A DNA stretch of 64,000 nt. It comes from Lama glama. Lineage: Eukaryota. The notes beneath the pieces are model-generated. The model made no database searches, was not told where the DNA came from, and was given only the letters and a program-made list of their open reading frames with translations. The position numbers and the translations under genes were made by a program. Below, piece by piece: positions 1 to 14,200 of the stretch (position 1 is its first letter; the number at the start of each line of letters is the position of its first letter). The stretch is from assembly GCA_028534125.1 (NCBI GenBank), contig CM052816.1, positions 86,244,001 through 86,308,000 of the forward strand, given 5' to 3'.

Positions 1-1479
1 TAGAGAAAAATCTCTCTTATTTAGAAGTGCTTTTAAGGAGTTACAGAGTTTCCTTTCTTATACCAGGTAAAATGAGGTTTAAAATCCTGTCCAAAGCTTC
101 AGTAAGGCACAAACTCTGACAAATAAGCTTTGTCATTGATATATTTAGAATGTATCATGAACAACTTTGCTATTTTTTTAAAATAATGATTTCTCAAAGG
201 AACTTACTAGCAATAACAATAATTAATACTTACAGAATTTCAGCTCTCAGGATCTTATTTGATTATTGTTTTGTTTCATACTGCCTTTTACTGATACAGT
301 TTCATGGATGTAGTGAGGGAATTCAGTTCAGAGTTAGGGAATATCAATGAACTGTGTGTGAGATTTAAGCCCACTCACTTTAATTCCAAACTATTTTATT
401 AGCTACCGCCCCCCACAAACATGTGATTAGAACAAAGACTCACGTAACAGAACTTGAAACTAGCTCAAATTCATACTTCAAAGCACCCTCCGATTTCCCC
501 AAAGACAGGAAATTGGAAAGGAAAGAGAGGGAAGATGTAGCAACTCAGAAAGTGGGAGTGGGAGCTACTTTTCCCACAGTTTCCAGGATAACAAGGACTC
601 CGATTACAGACACACAGAAAGTGCTCTAATGCGATTTGTTAGATCAATATAAAAATGAATTAATAAATGTTACGCACAAAAAGAATTTAAATAGAACAAG
701 ACTCAACCCCATCAAAACTATAAGCTCAAACCTTTGAACAATAATCTCCAAGTATTGAGGCAACTCTTTCTTTAATGAAGCACTTGTCAGTCTCTCTCCG
801 ATAGATACCTTCTTTCTGAGTACGGAAAGCTGATGTCTGGCACCAACTGTAGTACTATTTATCAATTATTTATATGTTCTCATTTTTTGAGAACTCCCAA
901 AACAGCAAACAAATAAATCACAGGAGTTCCTGTAGCTTTCATGGAGTTCCCATCAGCCTTTTACTTTTAGGCAGCATTCCACTTATGAGGTTTGCCAGAC
1001 CTCAACCATGAAATGCATTTTACTCAATGTACATTTAAATATCACACTGAGGCTTAGGATATTCTCTTGACAAATGAGATAGAAGTAGTGAATTAAGCAA
1101 ATGTGCTGTATTTAACACCACTTAAAAATAATATACCTTGTAGCAATTTTGTTTTTTATGACCTAGACCCGTGAAACTTAGCCACAGAGTTTCTGGACAT
1201 TTCTTTATGTTGGTTATAAGGTTTTATTTCCACTAAAAATACTTCTTATGTGAAATGTTCCTTAGAGTATGCCTAATACAAGAATAACCCCCAACACAAA
1301 GCCTTGTATGTTTCAGACACAGTACATTGTTGAAAGATGAATTTGATTTTAGATAATTAAGCATAAAAAATAGAAAATAAGCAAAAAAAGTTTAAAAGAA
1401 TATTGAGGAGCTCAAAATATCTTTGGAATAACTGCCAGAAAATGTTTAAGTATACAGAAAGAACGTGGAGAAACACAGG

Positions 1480-1830
1480 CAGATCTGCTTGAAGAAATCA
1501 CCCTCACTACCGTGGTCACCCCGGGTCCCTAGGGTGTACTGCTACCACGATTTTGACTTGCTTTGCAATCTGTGATGCTGTCCGCATCCCCACCACTACT
1601 GCCGTGTCAGGAACCTGATTATGCAAGGAATGATTTCTTCATAATCCACAAGCTACTACAGTTACTTTTGTTGATTGACAAAGGTGATTTATATGGAGGT
1701 GCCTTCCCCAAGCTGCTCATGTTTGAACTGAATCTTTACCTGGGTAAATCTGATTGGTGAAGCCTAGATCATGTGTCTGTGACCAGGATGCAAAGGAGGC
1801 AGTGGAAGAATATTTTGGTGGACTGCTTCA
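1480..1830. mobile_element. Old MaLR (MLT1J/K/L-like) LTR remnant
   Basis: Motif 'tctgattggtgaagcctagatcatgtgtctgtgacc...gcaaaggaggc' resembles old MLT1 LTRs; boundaries approximate. Confidence 0.45.
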
Positions 1831-2169
1831 AGGAGAAAGTATTCATATGCTTGAATAATTCTCAAGCATAATAAAAGTATCCCAAGTACACTTTAAAAAT
1901 AGAAATTGTAAAGGAAATCTGCCACATTTGCCAAAGCCAATTAGTTTTAAGGTTTTATTATAGTCATAATACACAGAATTTTCCTGTGTCAAGTCAGTAT
2001 AATCAACCGTAATAACTAATCAGTATTATTACCACTACCACAATTACCTTACATTTATCTAATTCTTTGCAATTTATGTATTACTTAGCTTCACATTTTA
2101 TTTTCCCAATAACCCTGGGAAACAGAATATGGAACCAAGGCTAGAGTTCAGATCCTATTTCCTGTAGCA

Positions 2170-4042
2170 CAGTAGTACTCAAGAGTTGGATCAAGTACTC
2201 TTAAGTACGCTCTTGGGCGTGCCAAAGACGCTTTCAGAAGATCTTTGAAGATCTTTGAAGATTTTTGTTCCTACAATGATACTAAGCTATTATTTGCCTT
2301 ATTTACTGTCCTGATATTTGGTTTCATAGTGCAAAGTCAATAGAGGGTAAAACTTCTCGTGTCTTCATACAGATCAAGTAATGAAGACCAGAGTGCACTG
2401 CCACTCTTTGTGCTATTCACCTCCACACAGTCAGAGGGAGAGAAGAAGCGTAATTGTGGAAGCAGTGGAAAATGATTAATTGTATTAAACAGTGGCCTTT
2501 GAATATATGTCTTTTTAATATTCTGGGTGGTAAAATGAAAAGTCCTCAGGAAGACCTGCTGCTGCCTACTGAAGAGTGGTGGTTGACAGTGGTCTTGAAG
2601 AACAGTGTCTGTGTGGTTGAGTTGCACGCTGAATCAGCTGTTCCTTTTTTCTTCCCTTTAAACAGAATTTTTATTTCAAAGAAGGCTTACAGTCTTACTA
2701 TTGTCATCCAGACCTTTTCTAGAAAATGAAAAAATGAGCATGCCACTTCAAGAAAAATAATTAAAAATGTTTGTTATCCATGATAAAGTCTGAGGTTTTT
2801 GGTGAAAATTGAAATTTTGGGAAAACATGTCTCCATTACTATAAGCTGGACAGACATTCGGTACATGGGGACTGTTCTGAAAAGGTCAGTTATTATGTAA
2901 GTGGACACATCTGATAAGGTCGGTAATTATATAAATGAACACATTTTTAAAATATTTTATAATCAAATGTGCCAATGTTTGGGAGTTTTAAAATCAGTGA
3001 ACCAATATTTTCCAATTGACAAATGTACAGCGCTACAAAATCTTGTGCAGGTAAAAGATCCATTCAAATACAAAACAGATCAGTGAATTTTAATGAATCA
3101 GAAAATGAAATGTTTCCTGATATAGTTTCATATTACGGATTGCAATGAACCTTTAAGAAACTACCTCTTGTGGAGTTTTGGTATAGTATCAAAGAAGAAT
3201 ATCTACCACCAATTAACGGTACTCTTGAGAATTGCCTGCCATAAGTTACACCATGTGTTTGACTGAAAACAAGTATTCTATGAATCCCTACTTGTTCCAG
3301 AAAATAGTCCTGGAGAGCTCTTCACTCTTAAGTCTGAACAATTTTTCTTCTTCTGAAATCTCTCTAAATCACTCATCTGCTCATTAACCAAAGACAGAAA
3401 AATATACCTGAAGACCAGTTGGAATGTCTTCACCACTTCCAGTCATTCCACCCTAATAGAACACTTGCTAATCAGAGACTGTCTTAGGAGCTCCTCCATT
3501 TCCTCCATAAAATTGACTCTTTCTTCAAACACCTTTGGATGCTGCTGAAAAGAAGGTGGCCACAGATGGGTGCCTTTAGGCAGCTCATGAATAAATAACC
3601 TTTACTACTTTGTCCCAAATTTGATTTTATCTTTGACATTAAGATACTCTCCCATTTTCTCTACAGTTTTGTGTGAAGCTGAATTTTCTTCATATACTTC
3701 AACAAAAACAACACATTATAATATATTTAATGCAGATGAATATATGAGAATCCAGCTATCTTCTGATAAACCAAAGAGATTTGAAAAAGTGTGGAAAAAT
3801 ACTACTCTTTTCACCAATTATTTTTGGTTTGGAAGACAGAGTTTTAGAAAGGGATGTTATTTGGGTTAGCATGTAATGAGTTAATCTTTTAAAAATGAAT
3901 CAATCAGTATTTTTCAATTTCTCATACACTAAATATTAAAAGATTAAAAGATTGAAAGCCAGAATACACATTTCTTTGGGGTCCACAATATATTTAAAGA
4001 GTATAGACGTGTCCTAAAACAACAAAAAATCTGAGAGCTTCT
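2170..4042 (+). mobile_element. hAT-Charlie (Charlie1-like) DNA transposon fossil, interrupted at ~3206-3638
   Basis: ORF 2454 'KMINCIKQWPLNICLFNILGGKM...LLLPTEEWWL' resembles the Charlie/Buster transposase motif KxxNFIKARPLNSRLF...LLLHTEVRWL. ORF 3621 'LCEAEFSSYTSTKT...NADEYMRIQLSS' resembles the hAT C-terminal dimerisation region. Degenerate termini 'cagtagtactca' and 'tgagagcttct'. Confidence 0.85.
3206..3638 (+). mobile_element. LTR-like insertion inside the Charlie element
   Basis: Splits transposase homology between 'aaagaagaatatc' and 'ttaagatactctcc'. Ends with AATAAA (~3590) then '...tctttgaca', an LTR-type CA terminus. Confidence 0.55.
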
Positions 4043-5581
4043 TTCCCAGACTTTCATTAAGGGTACTACTTCCTGTAATTGTATGCCCTTTCTTATAAAT
4101 GTAATTATAATGTAAATCTTCAGGATTAAAAAGAAATGTTTGAAGTCAGACTCTTGTCTCAGTCATCACTGTCAAATGCAATGCCTAATATTCATAGTGT
4201 AGTCAAATAGGAACAACGTAGGATAGTTTCAGGTCAAAAAGTAAAATTGATGACGCTTGAAATGGGCAAGAGGATAAATTGAATAAAGTAGTGTAGTAAT
4301 TCATTAATATTTTGTATGTATTTAAGTTATGGTGGTAGTGATTATTCTATGAAAAAATCCAAAGAGGAAATAATGAAAATGAAAAGCAGTTATTTTTTAA
4401 AAAAACAATGCAGTGCCATGCCTTTTCCCTCACATGTCAGCCATTACTGAAACTTTTACTCACGTTTTGGTTTATTCTACAATTGTAGCTTCAGCTGTAT
4501 GCCATGGAAATGTATTTCTTATTTACTTCACAAGAGCCCTTTTATAATGGAACAATTAACAACCCACAAAATTGTTAATTCCTTGTTAGTATGAAACCAT
4601 CTGGTGTCAAATCCTCTACACCAGGGTGGGATTTGAAACAGACGTGCTCCCTACAACATGTTCAGTGCTAATCACCAGTGAAACTTGATGAAAATAATCT
4701 GCTTTTAGAAGTGCAGCTATTGTTTCAAACATTTTTTTTGGTACAATGTTTATTTCACTTGAACCTATATTGGAATTTTAGTAAGTTGTTTGTGTCAAGG
4801 GCAATGATAACATCCATTCAGAAGCTTTACAAGATATGGTACATGAGATGCTTCACTTTTATCCATAGGCACATGCAACATAATCTTATTCCCAGAATAT
4901 TCGTTTTTCACACAATGTTTTAGAGTGTGTTTTACACTTATAAAATATCTAAAATACATTAACTTACATGTTTAGTGTGACTGAAAATAAAATGGAAGCA
5001 TGAAAATACAAAAAAATTGGTTTTTCTTATGCAAGCTTACCTGTAGGAGATCGTCTGAATCTTGGCGTCCTTAAGATACATCATAAAAAAGACGTGACAT
5101 TTGCATCCTTCCATTATTCTTCACATTTTATTTTCATACCTAAGTTTTTGTTCACCTTGGTTATCATGTTGACCCAGTTACATATTTCTTAATGATTTCT
5201 GAATAGCCATTGGTCCAGATATTTCCACCTTCCCATATGGAAATGGTGAGCCGTTCGGATAATTTGGGATGTCATGACTGTCAGTAGAGAAGTTTTGTTT
5301 TGCTTTGTTTTGTTTCGCTTTATTGCAGGCACAATTTGACAAGCTTGCCTGAATTTCTGGAAAAGATGGTGGTTTTAAAAATCATTCTTGATAATCCCCT
5401 TACTTGCAGTTCATTTCAAAACGAGAACCACAAAGAAGGAAACATTATTTACAAGGAAACTCAGAAATTTATATTATAAAAATTAAGCAGCATCTGCTAT
5501 TTGCAACATAATATAAGAAAAATGAAATTAAAAAGATTTTCAGATCAACCTTTAATTTTTCTATGACAAATGAAAGTGTGA

Positions 5582-6107
5582 TGTCTTAGGATGTGGCCCT
5601 GAATTTGAGGTACACTAAGTCTATCTTGTGTTTTGGTGGAGTATGCCTTAGAGGCAGTGCCAAGCTGCAGGGAGTGTGGGCAAGATACTCCACTGTTATC
5701 AGCAGTAATGAACAGACTATAAAAAACACCATCCTGCCAAAATAGACGTGAAAAACATGTCTCATATCTAGCTGCCTACCTTGGAGGAATGAAGCCTGGA
5801 GACAAGCTATCTTTGCAGCTGCATAACAAATCTTATGGAAGAGAAGAGCAGGTGCAGGAACACACTGCCAAATGGTTATAACAATTTCAGTGTATGGATG
5901 TGTCTCTTCTTCCAAGATAAGCCCCCTATTTGTGGCAGCCCCAGGAAGAGCCCTGTGAAATATGTGTCATCTGATCCTGTCCAGTGAGATGTGCCCCCTC
6001 CCTGAAATCATCTTCATGGAGTCTAGCCTTGCCACCTTCCTCTTTCCAACAAGTATGGATATCAAATTTCTTACCCTAAGACCTGTTGAAGAATGTAGCT
6101 GAGGACA
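5582..6107. mobile_element. Probable ERV-class solo LTR
   Basis: ~525-bp GC-richer block with imperfect inverted TG...CA termini (tgtcttag / ctgaggaca). No TSD visible; family not identified. Confidence 0.4.
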
Positions 6108-6230
6108 GAACGGCAGATGGAAAAGGCATATGTCTGGAATGCCCGTAGGATAACGCTTTCCTTTTTTTAGCTCTCTTTGTGTTTGAGCAGAAATACTGCA
6201 TCTGGCTCTTCATTTGGAAGTTTTACCAGA

Positions 6231-6678
6231 TGTTTTATTAGTGTCTATAGCTGCTGTGAAAGATCACCACGCGGCACCAATCTATCACCGTATGCTTCTC
6301 TAGGTCACAAGTCGGTCACAAGTCAGTCACAGGTCTTGGGGGTGGGTCAAATCAAGGTGTTGGCATGGCTGCATTCCTGTCAGTTTTCTTGGCTTTTCCA
6401 GCTTCTAAAGGTCATTTAGTTTCCTTGACTCATAGCCCTTTCCCTCTGTCTTCAAAGCCAGCAATGTAGCATCTCTGACTACTTTTCACAATCAGATCTC
6501 CTCACTATAGCTAGGAAAGACCCATGTGTTTAGACTAGGCCCACCCAGCAAATCCAGGATGATCTCCAATATCTTAACAATCAAATCTTCAGAGTCCTTT
6601 ACCATGTAAGGTAACATTCACCGGTCCTGGGGATCAGGACTTGGGCATCTTGAGAGGGCTATTATTCTACTCACCATA
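6231..6678 (-). mobile_element. MaLR solo LTR, MLT1D-like
   Basis: MLT1 motifs 'aatcaaggtgttggc', 'tcttcaaagccagcaa', 'ccatgtaaggtaacattcac'. Perfect 5-bp TSD CCAGA at 6226-6230 and 6679-6683. Confidence 0.9.
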
Positions 6679-8199
6679 CCAGAGGAAAATTCTCTTGCTT
6701 TTGCCCCTGAAAATTAATTTCATTTTATCTCCACAAAATATCTCTGTATTTTCAGATTTACTTGTAATGCCATGAGCAAAATTAAACAATAAAATTGTGA
6801 TTGGTTCATTTTAAATATCTCTTTTTATAGTTCAGTCATCTCTCAAGTTTTATTTTCCTTCATAAGGGGTAATGCAAATGACTATGACACTTAAGAAAAT
6901 TAAGTTTGATTTGAACATTTTTAATTCTCTCAACTGTGATGATTCAATGATCTGCAAAGTCTGTATATTAAAGACAACATTTCACAGACACTTATGTACT
7001 AACGATGTGAATCCACTAAATATCTACTAATGAACTCAAATAAAATGCGACCTCCTCAGAGGTTTCCTTTCTGAAACTCCACTAGCTTCTCAATCTCTGT
7101 TTTATTACTCTTCAGAGGATGGTTCTTGATTAAAAATTATAGTTTGCTTATTTAATCATTGCCTTTCCTATCCACATTCCAAAATTTATTTATTCTAGTT
7201 ACATATAAAAGCAACAGCCCTTTTATATTCCATATTTGTAATGATTGTTCCTTTCCTTTCTTAGGAAATAAAAATAAACAAATGTAACTGATAAAAGATC
7301 TTTAATTTTTAAATAGGAAAATTTCATTTTATTGGAAAAATTTATTAGGGTAACATGATTTCCAATTTCTTAGAATAACTTTCTTTTTGGAAAATGTTTG
7401 CGTTTGCTCTGTATATTAATACCATATAACAAAGAGAGGCCTCACTACTGAACCTATTTCAAATAGAAAAGTGATTGATACATGATTGGATTTCCATGTT
7501 AGATCATTTCTAACCCACATAATGTCATAAAAGGAAATAATTATCCTACTTTAAAGCATACGTCTAGTTAGAGAAAATACAAAAATATTTTATTCTATGT
7601 AACGTTGTGGGTTCACATTATATTGTTCCAATGATATGGAGAAATAGTTTATCCCTAAACAGAGGGATGAAAACATTTTCATAATACCTCTAAGTTATGT
7701 GATATGTTACTAAAAATGGAATAATAGGTAAATTAATAAGCCCGAACTGGTATTTAGCTTCCTCATTGTCTGGAAATTTATTCCACATTGTTTTTGCTGG
7801 TTTCTAAGGAGCAGAAATAGGACGTCGAGCTCTGTTGATAGTCACATCATCTGTAAAATGCATATTTTGTGAGAGAACATGAAGGTAAGAACGTCTGACC
7901 AAAGACACAGACCTTGTGAGAGGATAAATTCCCTTAAAAAGTGCTAATGAAAATTAGGTTATATTCTGAGGGCTCTCACAGTTGGACAGTGTATGCTTTG
8001 ATCTTAATAGACTACAATATGTAGATTTCATAAAGTTTATGAATTTCTTAAAATGTATGTATTCTAGAATACAGTTTTCAGTGTGTTCATTTTCTTTTCA
8101 CCCAAATTTCCTCTCACCCCAAATCTAAGACATTCCAAGTGATGAATACCATATATAAAATACCAACCTTGAGACCACCCATTTACAATTTCTATGAGA

Positions 8200-9950
8200 A
8201 ATACCAAAATTTGCTCATATAAATGGAGAGAAAAGTAAAAGCAATTCCAATTGCAATAATTTTGATAAAAGATTAGGCTGAGGAAGAACTGCATCTCTTC
8301 AAAGATAAACTGAAGAGAGCACACAGCAAAAAAAAAAAAAAAGAACCTTACATAATTCTTTTTCAAGTGCCAGAAAAAAAATGGGAAAAGAGAAATGTCA
8401 GACACTATAGAGATGAATAACATGTGTTAGATGCACTGCAACAGAAATAAAATGAAATTGCAGGCTAAAACAACTCATTCTCTCAGGAATTCTTAGGAAA
8501 CAAAACCACTCTTTCAAACAAGAGATGATAAAGTAATATAATGCAATGAAAAGAGAATTTATGAAAAGAATTAAGACGAGAAGGTTATTTCACAATTTGC
8601 AAACATGATCAGGAATGGCAAAGAGCAGAATTAAAACACGAAAACAAATCACGTTGAGAACCTGTTTGAGAAAACCTTACAAACGTTTGAGAAAAAAAAA
8701 TGCTAATCAATTAAAGATATAACAACAAAACTATAATTTGGGAGCATAACCAATGGAAAACATGGATATTGTTGGTATTCCTGACCAAGAGAAATAACAA
8801 ATCCAAATTTTAAGGAAACTTTTCTAATTTGAATAAAACCATTAATGTTAAACTTATTCTGAGAAAAGCAGAAAGCAAAGAGAAAAAAATGTAGACAGAT
8901 GAGAGAGAGAGAGAAATCTGTAGGTAGATGGATAGATACAAATAGACAGATGGTAGCTAGATAGTCAGATGAACTTGGTAAAGTTACCAAACCTAAAGTG
9001 TAGAAAGAATCTTTAAAAAATTCAGAGACCATTTCAGAAGAATATGATCACCTATAAAGCAAAACATCAAGTCATGCCTTTCTGCAATGTTATCTTGGGA
9101 GGTATTATGTGCAGAAGTTAAAGAACAGGGCCTGCAGATTTCTGAAGAAGGAAAGAGTGAGATTAATTAATTATATAGTAAACCAAATTATTATTCATGA
9201 CTGAAGAGAACAGAAACCAAAGTTGAGGAACAACCTTGAGGCCTAAAAAGTCAATTGAAAAAGTTAAACCAGTCAATAGGCAGGTATGTACCTCAATGAT
9301 GAAAACAAAATGGTGAAGCAATTTAGAGAAGTCAATAAATTTAGAAATAAAGTTAATTTTAAATAATTTATGGTTTTATAGTTTCAAAACAGTATTTTCA
9401 AATAAAAATAAGCATTTAATTAACATTCATGGACTAAAAATAAAGCCCCAGACTATGCCAAAAAAAGAAAAAAAAAACGATTTTGGATGAGTTGGAGAAG
9501 GAAGAGAAAGTAGGCAGAATAGGGAATATGTTTTCCTGTCTCATTTAAGAAGGTCAATTTTTAATGTTTCTTTCTGGACATAAGTTAAAAAATAATTATA
9601 ATTGTCGTTTACATATGTCAGCTCTCTTATTAGAAAACAGATTATATATATAAAGTTATAAAAACCAAAAGTAAGATTTAGTAACATGGGAAATCCATAG
9701 AAAATATTCAGGAATATAAAATAGAAAAAATAAAATGTCAAACAAAAACACTTCACGTTGTATGCAATAAACATGTCTTTAAGAGGAAAAAACTCATTTA
9801 AAGAGACCAAAAATAAGTTTGACTACACAGCCCATATCAAAAACTAAAGGACTTTAAATGTTAAAGCTGAGAAAATTATCAACAGAGTTAGACAAAAGAA
9901 AACTTAAAAATCCAGCATCACATTATTTATGTCAAATTTCAATTAAAATA
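8200..9950 (+). mobile_element. Highly decayed old L1 (ORF1 region) remnants
   Basis: Strong A-rich strand bias with weak ORF1-like phrases; boundaries uncertain. Confidence 0.45.
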
Positions 9951-11836
9951 AAAAGTACCTGTGAGATTTCTTTAAAATGATTAAAGGAACAAACTACGGT
10001 GGAGCTGTGAGTATTGGTGGAACAATACATAGATATATAAACGCATGTGAAAATGTTTGAAACTCATAGTGTTACTGTTAGGAATATATGATGTTAAACA
10101 TCCATAAACCAGCTCTGCCCTTTATATATTAAAGTGATTACTAGTAAATAAGTATACAGAAATCTCAGAAATGAAATCATTGTAATTTTTATGAACATAT
10201 TAATTTTATTTACCCTACAAATATAAAGTACAACTTTTTTTTGCCTGCTATGGGTTATTTTCATAACTTTTCTCAAATAATTTCTGCTCACAGTTCTATA
10301 CATGTAACTATTGAGTTTTTTGTCTTATCTTTAGAATTTTTGTTTAATTATTTAAATTTTACTATATTTTTTCCTTGAACCCCATTTTCTCTTACTTCAT
10401 AATTTGTATAGTTGTACTCAGGAAATAGTTTCAGAACTGACAACCCTGAAGAAGGCTGAGTCCACAATTATAAGAGATGCCAAAAGACTTTATTCCTCAT
10501 CTGTGCCTGAGCACCCCTCTGAATGTAATGGTATCCAACAGATGTGCCTTCACTTTTCAATGATTGTGTTACCTTTTCCATAGTGATATTCAAAAAACAT
10601 TTGTTGAATGAATTAACAAACAACATGTGTGTGGACGTGTGTGTGTTTGTCTTCCTGTTGAACACCATGCATTTTCCTTTGAAGTTCTGTTTTCTAAGTG
10701 GCGTAGTCTCCAGATTTATAACTATAGAATGTGGTGGTGGAGGGAAAGGCCCGGGATCCATGTGTTCTGTTGCTGAAGGCAATGCTGGCTGTGTACTTAT
10801 TTCATTTGAGGCATCCTCTTGTAGGCACTACCTGTGGTTTATTGAGGAACAACTTAGTTTTGAAACATCCAACAGACATTCATAGAAGGAGGCAGATTAC
10901 AGACTGTTCACCAGCTACCAGGCTACCAGGCTACCAGCAACAATTGCCAAGCAGCCATCCTCTAATATGCTCATTTCTATTTTGGCGTACATCCATTTTC
11001 TGCAGGACAGTGAAGACTTCCTGGTGGGTTCCCTCCTCAGCTTCTTTTCATGTTTACAGAAAAGAAGGGGATGCCCGCTAGAGTTATGAATAATTCTAAT
11101 ATTACAGCACAAAAGATGTGACCTGACTACTGAAAGGTTGTGATCATCTGAAAAGATTCTTATCAGGGCTCACTCCAAATTATTGAACATAAAAGAAAAA
11201 AAAAACCTGAAATAGCCATTTAAACTTCAACCATGAGCCCTGCTTCCTTTTTAGAGCACTTTGTCACAATGTTGCTTCAGGAAGCTCAAAAATTCTAAGG
11301 CTTACATCATCTTTTTGCTATTTCCTGGGATTCTCTCCAATTAAATTCTCATTTGCTTATTTTGAGTCACCAGTTGAATAGTCACTTTGCTGCATTTGGA
11401 AGAAAGTAATATAAACTAATTCATTGCACAATGACCAATTGCACAGGACATCCATACCGACAAAGTGGTGGTTTTTATAAGCTTGATTCTCAGATTGCTT
11501 CTCTACATGTACCAAAGATCCTTACTACAGTCCACAAGAACGCCCTAAATCTGCTAGTTCACACAAATCTCCAGTTCCTGAGCAGCTGAGTTGACCTAAA
11601 AAGAATGAAGCTTTATCTCCAAAACCTAAGATACCTGATTTGGGGTGATCTGTGTCTGCATATTATCAATTTGACTTACCAAATGACAGTGAGAGCCTAA
11701 ACTAAAAAGCAATGAATTTCCATAACTTGTTCAGCAACTTTACTGTCCATCAAAATTGAGGAGGTTTTTTTCATGGAATATGGATAGTAGATATTAAAAA
11801 GTTAGATATTTTAATGAGGTATATGTTCTTTCAGTA

Positions 11837-12151
11837 CAGGGGTCAGCAAAGATCTTTTGTAAAGGATCAGATAGTCAATATTTTAGGTTTTGTGGGTATT
11901 AACAATCTCTGGCAACCGTTCAAAATGAGTTGGCGGACAAAAGTGGCCAGACACTATGTGAATGGTTGGAAATGGCTGTGTTCCAATAAAATTTTAACTG
12001 TGGACCTTGAAGTTTGAATTGCAAATAATTTTCATGTATCACAAATACTCTTTTTCTGAATTTTTTTTCTACCACTTGACAACGTAAATGGCCTTACACA
12101 AATGGGCAGTGGATGAGATTTGGCCAACAGGCTACGGTTTGCTGACCTTAC
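11837..12151 (+). mobile_element. MER58(B)-like non-autonomous hAT-Charlie element
   Basis: Terminal inverted repeats caggggtcagcaaa ... tttgctgacc. Internal 'gatagtcaatattttaggttttgtggg' and 'ggctgtgttccaataaaa' are typical of MER58. Confidence 0.85.
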
Positions 12152-12699
12152 AGTGTGTAAACTTTCAAATAAGTTTTAGAAAATATTCATAGTCAAGAGT
12201 TTGATCTTTTTTCTCCTCTGGCCATAAGCAAAAATCACTGATAGAATAAGTGGAAACTGGCCACTCTGCTCCGTCAACCCCAGACTGAAAACCCATGAAG
12301 CTCCTTGGCTCATGCTTTAAAAATCTGTTCCAGTTCTAATTCAGGTCCTTGACAACTTGGAAGCGATTTGCCTTCGTTCTTTATCCCTCCTGTCAAGGCA
12401 AGACTCTCTGCATGCTTCCTTAGCCACATTTGGAGAATCTGCTAGTGTTCACTTATTCCACATCCCATAGAGGGGATAATTAACTAAGACTCAGAATAGA
12501 AAGCAAGTCTGACAGTGCCCTTCTTGGAACCATTGAGGAATGGGAGGTCTGCTTTTCTTAAGCCAATTATAAAGCAGAAAGAAAGTAGATGCTTTTAAGT
12601 ATATGTATTTTTAAACTAACACGAGCATCACGTTTAAAAAGTAAAAGCATCTTAATAAGAAGTAACTAAAATATCCTTCTACACTGAAGTCCTGATAAT

Positions 12700-14200
12700 T
12701 ATGTTATTTTTATATTATTATATGATTTTCTTAATCTGGCATTTACTTCGACTTTTTAATGACAATGTTTATCTTGATATTTTATTTAACATTGGTAAGC
12801 ATAATCTCTTTACTTGCTATTATGGTTTAATCAGCTCAAGTATACTGCCTTCCCCTGCTTCTACCCAGTATAGTTATGTCACAATTTTTGATTAAATTAC
12901 TATGTTATGACCAAACAAATATCTTTTACTTTGAGTCAAGTGAGTCACTACATTTACATTTACATGTGCTTAGTTTAACAGCGTTATCATTTTTCCTATA
13001 GTCAATTACCTCTTATTTAGATGTCTATTTTCTCTATGTACCTAAGGCTAAGTCTTCACACTGTCCATTGTCTCAAACCACCTCTGAATACAGTACACTA
13101 AACTAAAGCCCCTCTCCATTAGTCTGTTCGCTACATGAACTTCCCCCACACCTCCTAGTGAGCCTCTTGTTTTCTTGCTCAACTTTGGACCAACTATGCA
13201 AGCAAGGATGCCCCAGTCCCCCTGAGTCTCATTCTGATGAGTCTACTTATTTTCCTTTGTCAAATGTTGTTTTCAGAATCGGAAAATTTCCTTTTTCTAG
13301 GTTTAAACACTGGTTTTTGTGGACTTCGGCATCCAAAAAAAGAGGTCACAGGAGTAGAATTTTGGAGACTTGCTTATCTAAAAATTTCTTTATTCTACTC
13401 TCAAAAGTTGATGAATAATTTCATTTATGTATATAACTTGAGATTGAAATTAATTGTCCCTCAAAAGTGTGAAGCATTTATTCATTTTCTTCTAACTCTC
13501 AATGTTGCTGTTAGGATTCTTATATGCAAAAACTTTTGTGATCACCCCTCCCTTCTTTTTTTCTTACTATTAAAACTTTTCCTGTCTCTGTCTCTCTCTC
13601 TGTCTCTTTCTCTCTCTGTCTCTCCCCACCTTCCTCTTCTAATTTAGTAATTATATGCTATAATGAGGATAGTTTTCAACTATTGCACTGAGCACTTACA
13701 GAAATTCATGCAAGTCAGTGATATGGATAATTGTTAAATTATTTCTGTAATATTGTTTCCTTTAATTTTTTATTCTTTTCTTCATGGAATTTCAGTAAGC
13801 TGCATGCTTGAATTCCTATACTGATTCTCAGTTTCCTTATATTTTCTCTCCTACAATTCTCTTTTGTGCTTGTCTTCTACTTGGAAGGAAATGATCTTTA
13901 TCCTTCTACTTTCCAACCTTATACTGAAGGTTTTGATTTTTAAAATTTATCTTACTTTCAATTTTTAAGAGCTCCTTTAATTTTCTGGGTTTTTTTTCTT
14001 TTCGTAACATTGTGTATTTGATTCTTTTCTCAGACTATTACTTTGAAAATAAATTTCCATCTCTTCTTCACACCTTGACTATTTTACCTGCGTTCCTTTG
14101 TTTCTGTTTACTTTATTTGTCGTCTTTTATGGTGGCTTCTGTTCCCAGGGGTCTAATGATACTGGGACTCATATACATTTGGCAGCAAAACAAGAAAAAG
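12700..14200 (-). mobile_element. Old L1 (L1M/L1ME-type) fragments
   Basis: T-rich strand with antisense L1-like phrases, e.g. 'ttcattttcttctaactctcaatgttgctgttagg'. Confidence 0.5.
13581..13625. repeat. (CT)n/(CTGT) microsatellite
   Basis: Seen directly: ctgtctctgtctctctctctgtctctttctctctctgtctctc. Confidence 0.9.

Noticed and set aside
2454..3869. Domesticated hAT transposase gene (ZBED/Buster-like)
   Set aside because: Fragmented by stops, frameshifts and an insertion; a fossil only.
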